Position numbers and translations under genes: made by a program | NCBI RefSeq assembly: GCF_001194135.2 | Contig: NC_068983.1 | Span: forward strand, 59,398,415-59,460,159 | From: Octopus bimaculoides | Lineage: Eukaryota | Direction of reading: 5' to 3' | DNA: 61,745 bases | Part shown: positions 37,581 to 51,469 of the stretch, in pieces | Layout: each line of letters starts with the position of its first letter | Numbering within the stretch: the first letter of the stretch is position 1 | The notes under the pieces: model-generated | Told to the model about the DNA's origin: nothing | What the model saw: the letters and a program-made list of their open reading frames with translations, nothing else | Database searches by the model: none

Positions 37581-38399
37581 AAAAAAAAAGTCGTCCTGGG
37601 TGCATTTTAGTATGGCTCCAACCTAGAGAGGTTGTGTAGTTCTTGACAAGATTAATGGGTCCCTGGAACCTATACTGTCTTTCCTCATTCACAAAACCAT
37701 TTTACATAGTGTATCGAGTACATTTTATCATGACAGCTGTACTAGCAAGATTGCCATGCACATGCATGCATATGCATTCTTACATGTGCACACACACATA
37801 TATTCACCTCCTTATGCACAGAACAATCTATAAGTGTCTGTTAATAGGTCTCTTCCCAGTGATACACATACAAATAACTATATTTACTTGAACACATCTA
37901 CATATGCCTATACACACGTTCATGTGCATAAAAGTTTCCATAAGCTACAAGAAATCATACACATAAATAAACACGCAGACATATAAATACATTCATTCAC
38001 AAAAGCACATATATACACATGTATATGTGCAAGCACACATACACACAAAATCATATGTATGCTTGTTTGCATGCACATACACACATTGGTTCACATCCAT
38101 CCATTAACCCATCTGTCTATCTCTATATTTATAACCATCTGCAAGGCTGTCAGTCACTCTTGAGTTCGTCCGTCCAACCCCAGCTCTGTATCCTCACTTA
38201 CATCCCAACATTCATCTGTTTGTGTCTGTAAGTCCATCTCTACTTCTATTCACATAGTTATCTGCCTACATAACGCATGGTTGTTTGTCCATCTATATAT
38301 CCTTCCACATCTCACTTTCTATATGTTTGGCTCAGAGCTAGAAGAGGAATATAAGGAAAGTAGCAATTCTAGAGATCACTACCGAAATCATTTATTTAT

Positions 38400-38810
38400 T
38401 TATTTATTTATTTACTTGTTTCAGTCATTGGACTGTGGCCATGCTTGGGCACTTCTTTCAAGGGTTCAGTTGAACAAACTGATCCCAGTACTTATTTTTA
38501 AGTCTTGGTACTTATTTTATCAGTTTCTTTCACTGAATTGCTAGTTTATGAGGACATAAATGATATGGCTTATGTCGTAGTAAAGATTGTTTGCCAACAC
38601 AACATGGCAGTCCTGGTTTAGGACTAATGTTGCTGTAATTTAGCCCCATTAGTCCTAAACCAGGGCTGCCATGTTGTGTTGGCAAACAATCTTTACTACA
38701 AAGTACTGTTGCTGAATATCTCACGTTGTGAGATTTAAAATTAGTAATTTTCTAACATAATTATTTTTGTCCCCAACATCTGCTGGACAAGTAGAGAGGG
38801 GACAAACACA
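38400..38810 (-). mobile_element. SINE family A 3' half, interrupted by a ~210-bp insertion (38561-38770)
   Basis: SINE text stops at aggacataaa and resumes at ccaacatctgctggacaag...ggggacaaacac. Confidence 0.7.
38577..38699. repeat. 53-bp inverted repeat (52/53 identical) with 17-nt loop
   Basis: 38577-38629 versus the reverse complement of 38647-38699; a single T/C difference. Confidence 0.95.
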
Positions 38811-39067
38811 GGAACACCCATAAGCAAACACATACACATGCACATGTGTGTATTGGTGTTCTGTGTGTGTTCTTGTCTCGATATCACAAGATAGTTGTAT
38901 ATGAATGACACCATCATAGAAGTGTTTTTTCCTTCCGTTATTTTGTGTAAGTATGTCCATCATTGGTAAAATATTATCTGACATGGAAACAGATGAGGGT
39001 TGACCACAGGAAGGGCATCCAGCCTCAATGAATTTCATCTAATGCATCAAATATGGAAAAATAGACG

Positions 39068-40386
39068 TTCAAATAATTATATATTATACATATAACTGTT
39101 TAATTCGAATTACTATATATTATATATATATAACTGTTTAATTCGAATTACTATATATTACATATATAACTGTTTAATTCAAGTTATTATATATTATATA
39201 TATATATAGCTGTTTAATTCAAATTATTATATATTATATATATATAACTGTTTAATTCAAATTATTGTATATATAACTGTTTAATTCGAATTACTATATA
39301 TTACATATATAACTGTTTAATTCAAGTTATTATATATTATATATATATATATATATAGCTGTTTAATTCAAATTATTATATATTATATATATATAACTGT
39401 TTAATTCAAATGATTGTATATATAGCTGTTTAATTCAAATTACTATATATTGTATATATAATTGTTTATTTATGGTATTATATATTATATATATAGCTGT
39501 TTAATTCAAATTATTATATATTATATATATATAACTGTTTGGTATTACATATTATATACATAGCTGTTTAATTCAAATTATTATATATTATATATATAAC
39601 TGTTTAATTCGAATTAATATATATTATATATATAACTGTTTAATTCAAATTACTATATATTATATATATAACTGTTTAATTCAAGTTATATATCATATAC
39701 ATAGCTGTTTAATTATAGTTATTATATATGATATATATATAGCTGTTTAATTCAAGATATTATATATATAGTTGTTTAATTCAAATTATTATATATTATA
39801 TATATATAACTGTTTAATTCAGATTACTATATATTATATATATATAACTGTTTAATTCAAGTTTTATATTATATATATAGCTGTTTAATTCAAGTTATTA
39901 TATATTATATATATAACTGTTTAATTCAAGTTATTATATATTATACAACATAGCTGTTTAATTCAAGTCATTATATATACAGCTGTTTAATTCAAATTGT
40001 TATATATTATATATATAACTGTTTAATTCAAATCATTGTATATATAGCTGTTTAATTCAAATTACTATATATTATATAAATAACTGTTTAATTCAAATTA
40101 TTATGTTATATATATAACTGTTTAATTCAAATTATTATATATTATACTTATAACGGTTTAATTAAAATTATTATATATTATATATATAACTGTTTAATTC
40201 AAATTATTATATATTATATATATAGCTGTTTAAATCAAATTACTATATATTATATATAACTGTTTAATTTGAATTACTATATATTATATATATATATATA
40301 ACTGTTGTATTCAAATTATTACATATTATATATATAACTGTTTAATTTAAATTATTATATATTATATATATAACTGTTGAATTCAC
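39068..40386. repeat. AT-rich minisatellite, about 37 units of ~29-45 bp (core A(A/G)CTGTTTAATTCAA(A/G)TTA(T/C)TATATATT)
   Basis: Manual count of CTGTTT cores; unit length varies through an internal (TA)n. Confidence 0.95.
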
Positions 40387-40429
40387 AAATAAATAAAAAG
40401 TATCTAGGTGGCCATAATATATGACTGCA

Positions 40430-40665
40430 TAAGATGGAGAACTGGCAAAATCGTTAGCACGCTGGGCAAAATGCTTAGCAGTATTTCATTTGCTGTTACA
40501 TTCTGAGTTCAAATTCTGCTGAGGTTGACTTTATCTTTCATCCTTTCGGGGTCAATTAAATAAGTACCAGTTGTGCACTGGGGTAGATGTAATTGACTCA
40601 ATCCCTTTGTCTGTCTTAGTTTGTCCTCTCCATGTTTATTCCCCTGTGGGCAATAAAGAAATAGA
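40430..40665 (+). mobile_element. SINE family B, full length with alternative 3' end
   Basis: aagatggagaactggcaaaatcgttagcacgctgggcaaaatgc...cccctgtgggcaataaagaaatag. Confidence 0.85.
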
Positions 40666-41609
40666 TATATGAGTCTATATTCATTTACTCAAGAAAGCAG
40701 CCACACAGTGTACAAACGTTATTTCAATGTATTTCTCCATTTTGTTGGAATATATTCCTACCTCCAACAAGATGTAAAACCACATTTAAATAGCTTACAT
40801 ATACTGTAAGGTCATCATCTTGAATAAAACTGTGTGCATGTGTGTATGCTTGTGTGTGTGTGTGTGTGTGTGTGTTTGTGGGTGTGCATATGCATGTGTT
40901 TGTCTCAAGGTTGGGAGAAGCAAGCTTTCTTTAAAATCTATTATAGAAAATATGATCAAGCTTCAGTCTTAAATTTCCACAAAGTATTTTCTGCATTTCA
41001 TTATTAGTCCTCAAAGTATTATTCACAACAATAAATTCTGAAGATGCATCAGTGTTTCATGATCTCACCAACCATTTTTCTGGTCGAAATGGTTTTAGTA
41101 GTGATTGTTATTGCTGTTTTATTGGAGGTTAGAATCATGGGAAAACTATTATATATGTTTCACAGTGATTGTCACCAGATTTATATTTTCTGGCTCCCTT
41201 GGCTTCAAATTTCTTTCAGCAATCAGAAAATTACTTGGTTAAAACGGCTGATAGAGCAATGCTAAGTTATGCTACCTCTGTATTTTAGATCGTGCATTAT
41301 TTCTTTTTATACATCTTACACAAGTATTCTAGTTCATTTTTTTTTTTTTCTTTTACTGACTTATATCTTTCTCCAGTTTCATTTGAGCTTGTGTTGCAGT
41401 TTCCTTATTTGAGACACCTGGCCATCCATTATGAAAATCTGGTGGTTGGACAGTTTGGATTAACAGTTGAAGTTGTGATATTTACAACATTCATGTTAGC
41501 ATGGAGATTTTTAAGTTTCATTAGTCACCTGAGGTTTATTCAACATCTTGCTGCTAGTCATCTTTGTTGTTAATGTTGTCATTTTTACAATATATGATTG
41601 CAATACGAC

Positions 41610-41710
41610 TTTCTTTGCCTTTCATCCTTTCGAGGTCGATAAATTAAGTACCAGTTGTGTACTGGGGTTGATCAAAATTTCAGGCTCAGTGCCTAGAGTA
41701 GATAAGAATA
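41610..41710 (+). mobile_element. SINE family B, 3' part
   Basis: ctttgcctttcatcctttcgaggtcgataaattaagtaccagttgtgtactggggttgatc. Confidence 0.8.
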
Positions 41711-42152
41711 AGATATAAAACAAAAATCTCAAACATAAAATGTTAAAACTAGAATTAGAAGACTTTTAATATTGCATANNNNNNNNNNNNNNNNNNNNNN
41801 NNNNNNNNNNNNNNNNNNNNNNNNNNNNNNNNNNNNNNNNNNNNNNNNNNNNNNNNNNNNNNNNNNNNNNNNNNNNNNNNNNNNNNNNNNNNNNNNNNNN
41901 NNNNNNNNNNNNNNNNNNNNNNNNNNNNNNNNNNNNNNNNNNNNNNNNNNNNNNNNNNNNNNNNNNNNNNNNNNNNNNNNNNNNNNNNNNNNNNNNNNNN
42001 NNNNNNNNNNNNNNNNNNNNNNNNNNNNNNNNNNNNNNNNNNNNNNNNNNNNNNNNNNNNNNNNNNNNNNNNNNNNNNNNNNNNNNNNNNNNNNNNNNNN
42101 NNNNNNNNNNNNNNNNNNNNNNNNNNNNNNNNNNNNNNNNNNNNNNNNNNNN

Positions 42153-42183
<31 letters not shown>

Positions 42184-42589
42184 TCGTGTATGTGTGTGTG
42201 TGTGTGTGTTTGCACTATGATCATTTTGACGCCTGGGTATCTTCAAGTACTATTTTATAAACATTTATAATTCCACCTTAACACAACCAGGTATCAAATC
42301 GATCACAGTGTGAATTATTAAAAAAAACAACATATTTTGTATTGTACACCACATAAGAAAGTAATCAACTTCAGTTAGACCAACTTCAGAATATATATAT
42401 ATATATATGTATGCATGTATGTATGTACACATAAGCATGTACATGTATACCACAAAGAAAATGAATCTAAACTATAGATTTTCTCTCCAAACTATTTGGT
42501 TTACTCTCCTAAAGTTCTTAAAAAAGGCATGAATGTTGGAATAGGATAAAAAGCTAATGAAACAATTGTTTTTGTAGCAACAAAGGGAT

Positions 42590-42995
42590 GGGTTCTCTCG
42601 CCAAGTTAAAGGCAGACACTATTGTGTTGGGTACAAAGTATAATACTGCAAGGTAGTATAAACTGGATGCTGAATGCGGAAAGTGTGAAAACAAAGAAAT
42701 GAAATGATCATGTTCCATTAGATGTGTAATGCTAGAGTGCATCAATGACAGGGCACAAATAAGCTGAGGGGGAAAACTGCACATAACAGGTGATGCAGAT
42801 GAAGGATGACAGCTGAGCAAGGAAGTGCCAAACAATCCAAGCAGAAGAAACCTGCACAAGAAGATGGAGGAAGAAGTAATGATAGCTGATCTCAAGAGGC
42901 TAAAATCCCTGAAGGATGAGATAAAGGACTGCAGCTAATGGCAAGTTTTGTGTGAGTATACATGGAAAAATTAACATAAGAACGCAATGATACAT
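42590..42995 (+). mobile_element. Degenerate RTE-clade LINE 3' fragment
   Basis: Broken translation MCNARVHQ*QGTNKLRGKLHITG...KKMEEEVMIADLK resembles an RTE C-terminus; tail tacatggaaaaattaacataag. Confidence 0.55.
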
Positions 42996-43009
42996 GTGTG
43001 TTTGTGTGA

Positions 43010-43200
43010 TCATCATCATTATCATTTAATGCCTAGTTTCCATGCTGGCATAGGTTGGGCAGTTTGACAGAATCTGATGAAATTAGAGGACCAAGGCATG
43101 CTTCTATGTGTAATTTAGCACAGTTGCAATGGCTGGATGCCCTTCCTAAAGCCAAACATTTTACAGTGCATATAGAGTACCTTTTTGTAGCACTAGCCTA
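43010..43200 (-). mobile_element. Family C repeat
   Basis: catcatcattatcatttaatgcctagtttccatgctggcataggttgg...ggctggatgcccttcctaaagcc. Confidence 0.75.
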
Positions 43201-43520
43201 AAGTGACCAATGTAATGAAGAGCTAACAGCAGAGAGGGGTGGGATGAGGGAGAATAAGGAATAGTTTTTATAGTTGCAATAGGATAGTAGTGAAGAGAGT
43301 AGTAGAATAGTCATTAACTGGTTGGAGTCAGGGTTGGTAAATGGTTAAGGCATTTGTTTTGTAACAACAAAGCTCCATGTTTCATCCCTCTGTGTCTAAT
43401 CTAGAGAAAAAAATCATTTTCTATAGCCTAAGGTCTATCTATACCTTCTGAGTGAAACTGGGTATACGGAAACTGTACTGAAGCTATTTGGATGAACTAC
43501 ACCTACAATTCAAAGGTACA

Positions 43521-43555
<35 letters not shown>

Positions 43556-44231
43556 NNNNNNNNNNNNNNNNNNNNNNNNNNNNNNNNNNNNNNNNNNNNN
43601 NNNNNNNNNNNNNNNNNNNNNNNNNNNNNNNNNNNNNNNNNNNNNNNNNNNNNNNNNNNNNNNNNNNNNNNNNNNNNNNNNNNNNNNNNNNNNNNNNNNN
43701 NNNNNNNNNNNNNNNNNNNNNNNNNNNNNNNNNNNNNNNNNNNNNNNNNNNNNNNNNNNNNNNNNNNNNNNNNNNNNNNNNNNNNNNNNNNNNNNNNNNN
43801 NNNNNNNNNNNNNNNNNNNNNNNNNNNNNNNNNNNNNNNNNNNNNNNNNNNNNNNNNNNNNNNNNNNNNNNNNNNNNNNNNNNNNNNNNNNNNNNNNNNN
43901 NNNNNNNNNNNNNNNNNNNNNNNNNNNNNNNNNNNNNNNNNNNNNNNNNNNNNNNNNNNNNNNNNNNNNNNNNNNNNNNNNNNNNNNNNNNNNNNNNNNN
44001 NNNNNNNNNNNNNNNNNNNNNNNNNNNNNNNNNNNNNNNNNNNNNNNNNNNNNNNNNNNNNNNNNNNNNNNNNNNNNNNNNNNNNNNNNNNNNNNNNNNN
44101 NNNNNNNNNNNNNNNNNNNNNNNNNNNNNNNNNNNNNNNNNNNNNNNNNNNNNNNNNNNNNNNNNNNNNNNNNNNNNNNNNNNNNNNNNNNNNNNNNNNN
44201 NNNNNNNNNNNNATACATACATTATATATAT

Positions 44232-44263
<32 letters not shown>

Positions 44264-44638
44264 TAGAACAAATAGAAAGATATTAAAAAATATCTTTCTA
44301 CTTGTTCTACAATACATTTCAACGCTTCAAAAACAAACTTATGTTTGTTTACATATGACGTAATATATATATGTATGTGTGTGTGTGTGTGTATTTGCAT
44401 ATACAGATTAGCCAGGTACACACAAACTTAACAATGCATGTCTTTATTCTTCTTATTGAGGCATTTATTCAGTGACAATGCTCTACATCTAATTATAAGT
44501 TACAGATATTAACATACAGCAATACATTATAATTAGAAATTAATTGGGGTATGTACATATACACATAGATTGAGCATCTACATTTATGCATGTACATATA
44601 CACAAATCACATGCATATATCTCTACATTTGTACGTGT

Positions 44639-44733
<95 letters not shown>

Positions 44734-45010
44734 CATACATACACACACAAGCACACATATTCACATGTGCACACCTGCACTTCTGTATAGGGATATATAC
44801 ATTCATACAGGTGTGCAAAATCTTGAAATGTATTAATTCCCTTAAGGATTACAAAACATCATGCATGTTATATACACATGTATGCATACAAATATACATC
44901 CAAATACATGTGAATAGGTGTAATTATATATATATATTCAAGGCAAATTTACACAATACACTAACACACACTAACAGGCATACAGGTATGTATGTATGTA
45001 TGTATGTATC

Positions 45011-45043
<33 letters not shown>

Positions 45044-45133
45044 ATATGCATGTGTACATATAGAGTATGTTCGTGTGTATATTACTTGTGTGTGCTTGTA
45101 TGTATATATATATATATATTTGTATGTGTGTAC

Positions 45134-45182
<49 letters not shown>

Positions 45183-45824
45183 GTGTATGTTTGTGTGGTG
45201 TATATAGACCCACACACACACATATCTCCTTTCCTTCCACTTACTCTTAAATTCCACCTTATTACTTTGCCATACTGTTTGCAGCACTACAACACAAAAA
45301 GACAAAAAGTTAAAACAATAAAATGAAAAAAAAAAGTCAAACAAAAAAGCAATGCATAAAAAATAAAACTGATCACCCATTGCTGCACATATGTCTCCGA
45401 GGCCACTTTTCTTGTAATATATTGATCTCTTACATCCTGATCAACCTCATTCCCACTCACTTCTAATACTTCCCTTCCTTGCACGCTTTACCTCAACCTT
45501 GAGCAATTCTTTTTACTCTCTTTTTCAATGTATCAACTCCTCAGACTATTTACAAATGTATCTATCTATGTATCTCACTATATAATTAACTATGCACATA
45601 TCCAATTAATTAACTCTCTCTCTGTATACCTATGTAATATTATTTCTAAGCAACAAATTCTGTGTGTGTGTGTATGTGTGTGCATTTAATTTATCAATGT
45701 AATTGTATAATGCAATGAGAAGGAACTGAAATTTAGTAAAGATCTAAATATCAAAATAAAAACAAAATATATTTTTGTTGCTTTAAACATAATTATGCTT
45801 CTATGAGATTAATAATAATAATAA

Positions 45825-46805
45825 TCCTTTCTATAATAAGCACAAAGCCTGAAATTGTCGGGGAGGGAATAAGTTGATTATATCGACCCTAGTGTTCAAC
45901 TGGTACTTATTTCATCAACCCCGAAAAGGTGAAAAGCAAAGTCGACCTCAGTGGAATTTGAACTCAGAACGCAGCAACAGGTGAAATACAGTAAGCAATT
46001 CATCCAGCGTGCTAAAGATTCTGCCAGCTCACCATCTTTGATGATAATAATAGTAATAATAATAATAATCTTTTCTACTATAAGCACAAGGCCTGAAATT
46101 TGGGGGACGGGACTAGCCAATTATATCGACCCCATTGTTTCACTGGTACTTGATTTATCAACTCTGACAGGACGAAAGGCAGAATTTGAACTCAGAACGT
46201 AGTAACACGCAAAATACCACCAGGCATTTCGTACAGCGTGCTAGCGATTCTTCCTACGTACCACCTTCTAGTATAATAATAATAATAATAATAACAAGAA
46301 CAACAATAATGATAATGGTTTCAAATTTTGGCACAAAGCCTGCAATTTTAAGGAAAGGGAAGTCAATTACATTGACCCCAGCATTTACTTTATTGACACC
46401 CAAAAGATTTTATAGATCCCAAAAGTAAGGACAACTTCAGCAGCATTTGAACTCAGAAAAGGAACAAGGCCAGCAATTTTAGCAAGAGGGAATAGTTGAT
46501 ACCATTGACTTTAGTACTTCACTGGTACTCTCTTTTATCAACCTCAAAAAATTGAAGAGTAAAGATGACCTTGATTGGAGTTTAACTCAGAATGCAAAGA
46601 ATTAGATGAAATATCAAAAAGCATTTCGTCTGACATGATGATTCTGTCAGATCACTGCAATAATAATAATAGTTTCAAATTTAGGCACAAGTCTAAATTA
46701 TGAAAGAAAGGGGTGCAAGTTGATTACATCAACCGCAGTATTAGACTGATGCTTAAATTAATAACTCCGAAATAATGAAAGGCAATGTCAATCACAACAG
46801 AAATG
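45825..46805 (-). mobile_element. Head-to-tail array of about five SINE family B copies with (AAT)n spacers
   Basis: Copies at ~45825-46038, 46069-46268, 46316-46460, 46465-46660 and 46671-46805. Confidence 0.8.
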
Positions 46806-47079
46806 AAACCCATTCAAAGCATACATATTAAAATGAAAAGGATATTTTCTTTATTTTTACTTTAGATAAATGCAGATAAATGTTAGATAAATGCATATAA
46901 AAATATACGCCCATGAGCAGCACCACAAGACAGGTGGCTTTCCATGTCAATTAAATGTAACACAGAAGTAAATAAATAAATATAAAATGTTTTAAGTCTT
47001 GAATAAAAACCTCCCTGGGAGTTGTGCACCAAAATTTCAGGTACAAAATTAAATCATGGAGTTCCATGGATTCTTTTAT

Positions 47080-47242
47080 TATTTTATTTGTTTCAGTCAT
47101 TTGACTGTGGCCATGCTGGAGCACTACCTTTAGTCAAACAAATCAACCCTAGGATTTATTCTTTGTAAGCTTAGTTACAGGGATGTAAACACGCTAACAT
47201 TGGCTGTCAAGCGAGGGTGGGGGAACAAACACAGACACACAA

Positions 47243-47308
<66 letters not shown>

Positions 47309-47460
47309 GACAGGCTTCTTTCAGTTTCCGTCTAGCAAATCCACTCACAAGGCTTTGGTCGGCCTCAGGCTATAGTAGAAGACACTTGCCGAAGGTGTCA
47401 CGTACTGGGATTGAACCCTTAACCATGTGGTTGGGAAGCAAACTTCTTACCACACAGCCA
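47080..47460 (-). mobile_element. SINE family A, near full length
   Basis: tttgtttcagtcatttgactgtggccatgctggagcac through cttcttaccacacagcca. Confidence 0.85.
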
Positions 47461-47619
47461 ACATTCCAAACTTTAAGATCATCAAAACTCAAACTCACAT
47501 TTAATCAATTAAATTTTTTTAAGTGAAATACAATGATTTTTAAATTCTAAATTTTCGGATCTTTGTTACCTTCAATGTAAAGTAATACTATTTTGAATCA
47601 CCTATTTATCTTTCAGAAG

Positions 47620-47900
47620 TGAAGGTGTGGCTGTGTGGTAAGAAGTTTGCTTCCCAACCATGTTTCCTGGTTCAGTTCCACTGTGTGGTACCTTGAGCAA
47701 GTGTCTCCTACTCTAGCCTCAGGCCAACCAAAGCCTTGTGAGTGGATTTTGGTTGATGGAAACTGAAAGAAACCTGTCATGTATGTACGTGTGTGTGTGC
47801 TTGTCCCCCACCACCTCTTGACAACTGGTGTTGGTGTGTTTATATTCCCATAACTTAGCAGTTCAGTATAAGAGACTGATAGAATAAATACCAGGCTTTA
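47620..47900 (+). mobile_element. SINE family A, 3'-truncated
   Basis: gaaggtgtggctgtgtggtaagaagtttgcttcccaacc...gagactgatagaataaataccaggc. Confidence 0.85.
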
Positions 47901-49474
47901 AAGATAAAAAAAAAGAAAGATATCCAACCGACTATATATCTGTGTTTTACCTTACAACATATACCTTACTAACTGCCTATGCATGTATGATATATATACA
48001 TATGTATATATATANNNNNNNNNNNNNNNNNNNNNNNNNNNNNNNNNNNNNNNNNNNNNNNNNNNNNNNNNNNNNNNNNNNNNNNNNNNNNNNNNNNNNN
48101 NNNNNNNNNNNNNNNNNNNNNNNNNNNNNNNNNNNNNNNNNNNNNNNNNNNNNNNNNNNNNNNNNNNNNNNNNNNNNNNNNNNNNNNNNNNNNNNNNNNN
48201 NNNNNNNNNNNNNNNNNNNNNNNNNNNNNNNNNNNNNNNNNNNNNNNNNNNNNNNNNNNNNNNNNNNNNNNNNNNNNNNNNNNNNNNNNNNNNNNNNNNN
48301 NNNNNNNNNNNNNNNNNNNNNNNNNNNNNNNNNNNNNNNNNNNNNNNNNNNNNNNNNNNNNNNNNNNNNNNNNNNNNNNNNNNNNNNNNNNNNNNNNNNN
48401 NNNNNNNNNNNNNNNNNNNNNNNNNNNNNNNNNNTATCAAAACATTCTGTTTAACTGCTTAGCTCTGTAGCTATCTAATGAACTAATTAACTCTATCAAC
48501 CTAGTTGTCTATCACAGCCTCTTTTTCTCAGTATTCCTTCTCTTAAGGCTGACACTTCTGTACTTTACAGATTTCCACATCACTAAATATAGCCACTGAC
48601 ACTGACGATCATAGCTTAACATTCTTAAGCAAGGTTATTGCCAGTAGCTATAGTAAATGATTCACTGACAGAAAGGAAAGCAGGAGATAACAATAATTGC
48701 CCTACCACCACCACTGCAATTACTGCCACAAGCAGAAAACCCCCCACCGTCAAACAGCTGAGATCAAATTATTAACCAGTTGTTTGCATGGCAACTTTGA
48801 ATTTGGGAAGCTGGATCACAGATAAAAATATCATTGCCTTTATATCAAGAAAGAAAAGATACATGTGTTTTTAGTGCTTGCCTTTGTAATAGTATGTCAC
48901 TTTGTATGTATTTGTGAATGTATGTGTGTGTATCTGAGTTGATCTCCATGAATGTATGTGTATATATATATGCTAGTATTGTCACTTGTACACACTCCAT
49001 ATTCAATAGAAAAGCAGATGCACTTGCTGCAATGAAAGTGTATAAGTGGATCTAATTGTGTCTATGAGTGCTTATGACTAAGTAAGTGTGTGTATGTGAT
49101 GTGGTTATGTTGGTGGGTTGGAGGGGGGAATCTTATTTCAAGGTTTTTGTGTAAATGGATATGTTTCATGAGAAAGTAGAAACGAGTAAGTGCACATGTA
49201 TATATGAGTGCATTTGTGTATACATTTATGTAGAATTATGTATCTGTATGTTTGAATGCGTTTATAAACTTGTTCCCATTCTGAGCCTTGTGTTATGGTA
49301 TCATGAATGTGTATGCATATATGTATGCATGCATATAAATCAATATACATGCATATGTGTATGAAAGTATGTGTATGCATAAAATGCATGAAATATTTTA
49401 TTCTGTATGTGATCTTATGTATTGCAAATATTTGTACACAGGCATGTGTGTTTAAATGTAACCATGTGTATATT

Positions 49475-49511
<37 letters not shown>

Positions 49512-50284
49512 GATATATATGTGTGTAGATGCATTTATATCTATATAATGTATATCCACATATATACACACGTCTATACACATACACACACATTTAAAGA
49601 AAGATATTCATAAAAGTTATCAATAATTTAAAACAAATTTTGAAAACAGAATGACACGAAGCTTTTGCAAAGAAATTTTCATATTGTATGTAAGCGCTTT
49701 CATTGTTCAACTTTTCAAACACATGTTATGGGTTATACACACACATATATATACATTAAACGAACAGTATATGGTACTGAAGGACTTTATGTATATCATG
49801 CGATGCATGTCTATAAATGTGTGTTTGTGTGGGTATCGGAATGTTTGTATGTAAAATTATGTCTTATATTTTTTAGTCCAATTAAGAATAGTTTTGAGGT
49901 GGTTAGGTCCTATAATGAGAGAATGCATGACATTTAGGTGATGTTGATGAATTGGCAACATAGAACATATGATCCAAACTGATTATTGAGTGTTGACCAA
50001 ATTAATTCTTAAATGATTACAAGGCTTGTGTGGCTGATGTTAAAATAAAATGAAAAGATTAAGGGGGGCCTCAGACAGATGTGATCTGATGTTTGGTTAA
50101 GTTGTATGAATGTAATATAGTCAAAGTGTGTTGCTTTTGTTTTTCTACATCTGTTTCACTATGCTAGCAACTGTTAAACTGCTTTTTTTTTTACAACAGA
50201 ATACCTTTATTGTTAACTATTCAACTGTAAAGTAGGAGTGGAAGTTCAGGAGTATAACACAAATGGTTATAGATAAATTTTGAT

Positions 50285-50570
50285 TCATCCTCATTTAATG
50301 TCTGTTTTCCATGCTGCATGGGTCTGATAGGGTTCAACAAGCTGCATTGAGCTCCCATGTTAGCTTTGGTATGGTTTCTACTATTGGGTGCCCTTCCTAA
50401 CACCAACCATTTCACAGTGTGTACTGGATGTTTTTTCGTGACACCAGCACTAGTGATGTCACCAAATAATTAGCAAGACAAACGAAAGAAAGGGAAAAGC
50501 CCCTCCACAGCTGTGTAGCAGCGTATTTCAGAGAAGAGGTGGCTTTATGCCAGGCATTGAAGGCCAAAAT
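50285..50570 (-). mobile_element. Family C repeat
   Basis: catcctcatttaatgtctgttttccatgctgcatggg...gggtgcccttcctaacaccaacc...gaggtggctttatgccagg. Confidence 0.75.
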
Positions 50571-50598
50571 ATAATAGAGAGTAAAGCCCAGTGTTTTC

Positions 50599-50820
50599 TT
50601 AACCCTTTCATAATCATATTTTGTCGAAGTACATAGTCCTATTAATACATGCTTCTATTAATTTTTGAATTTACTTAAGATAACTTTGTCATAATGAAGC
50701 TGGTGTTTGAAACAAATTAACGTGAGGCTTTGATGTAAGGTTTTAATTTAGATCACTTTAAAAGAGTAAGTATCATAAAAGCAGATGTGATCTCAGGTAG
50801 GTTGGTATGAAAAGGGTTAA
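50599..50820. mobile_element. TTAA-flanked piggyBac-type MITE (family 2)
   Basis: TTAA|CCCTTTCATA ... TATGAAAAGGG|TTAA; the interior is unrelated to family 1. Confidence 0.7.
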
Positions 50821-51103
50821 ACAAAGATTTGCCTTTTATTTCTCTTAATTCAGTTAAGTGTGGAGGTGCATGAGTCTGGTTTGTTTCTTACCACTGGACA
50901 ACCAATATCGGTTTGTTTGTGGCCCCATATCTAAGCAGATTCAGAAAAAAGAGATTTATGATAATTATTGGGTTCAGTTTAATTAACTGAAAATTTCAAG
51001 TCACAGCACCCTGCCACCCTCCATGCACACAAACACACGCCCTGCTAAAAAGAAAGAAAAAGAAAACAGTCAGGTGTTGAGAGAAACAAATTGAGAAACA
51101 CAC

Positions 51104-51165
<62 letters not shown>

Positions 51166-51469
51166 TCATTTGCTGTCTTTTAAAGCTTAAACTTCATGAC
51201 AGACAACCAGTGTTTAGAACTCCATATCTATTTCTATTTCAGTATTAAAGTTGTATCCTTTGATATTAAATCTGAATTTGAGTATCACACACAGTATATG
51301 TAGAAAGCCAAACAAAATAAGACAGATTGTTAATAGGATATTTATTTACATCTTATGTGCATTTCATTAACATGAAATGATTATCAGTTACATAAAACCT
51401 AATAATGTCAAATCATCATATTTTATACTTAACATAATTGGATTGAAACTATGATGGAAATCACCATTG

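Noticed and set aside
39068-40386. CRISPR-like interpretation of the regular ~35-bp array
   Set aside because: Eukaryotic context, no unique spacers (only (TA)n variation) and no cas genes.
48778-48795. RFX X-box-like gtttgcatggcaac
   Set aside because: Imperfect match, isolated and far from any supported promoter.
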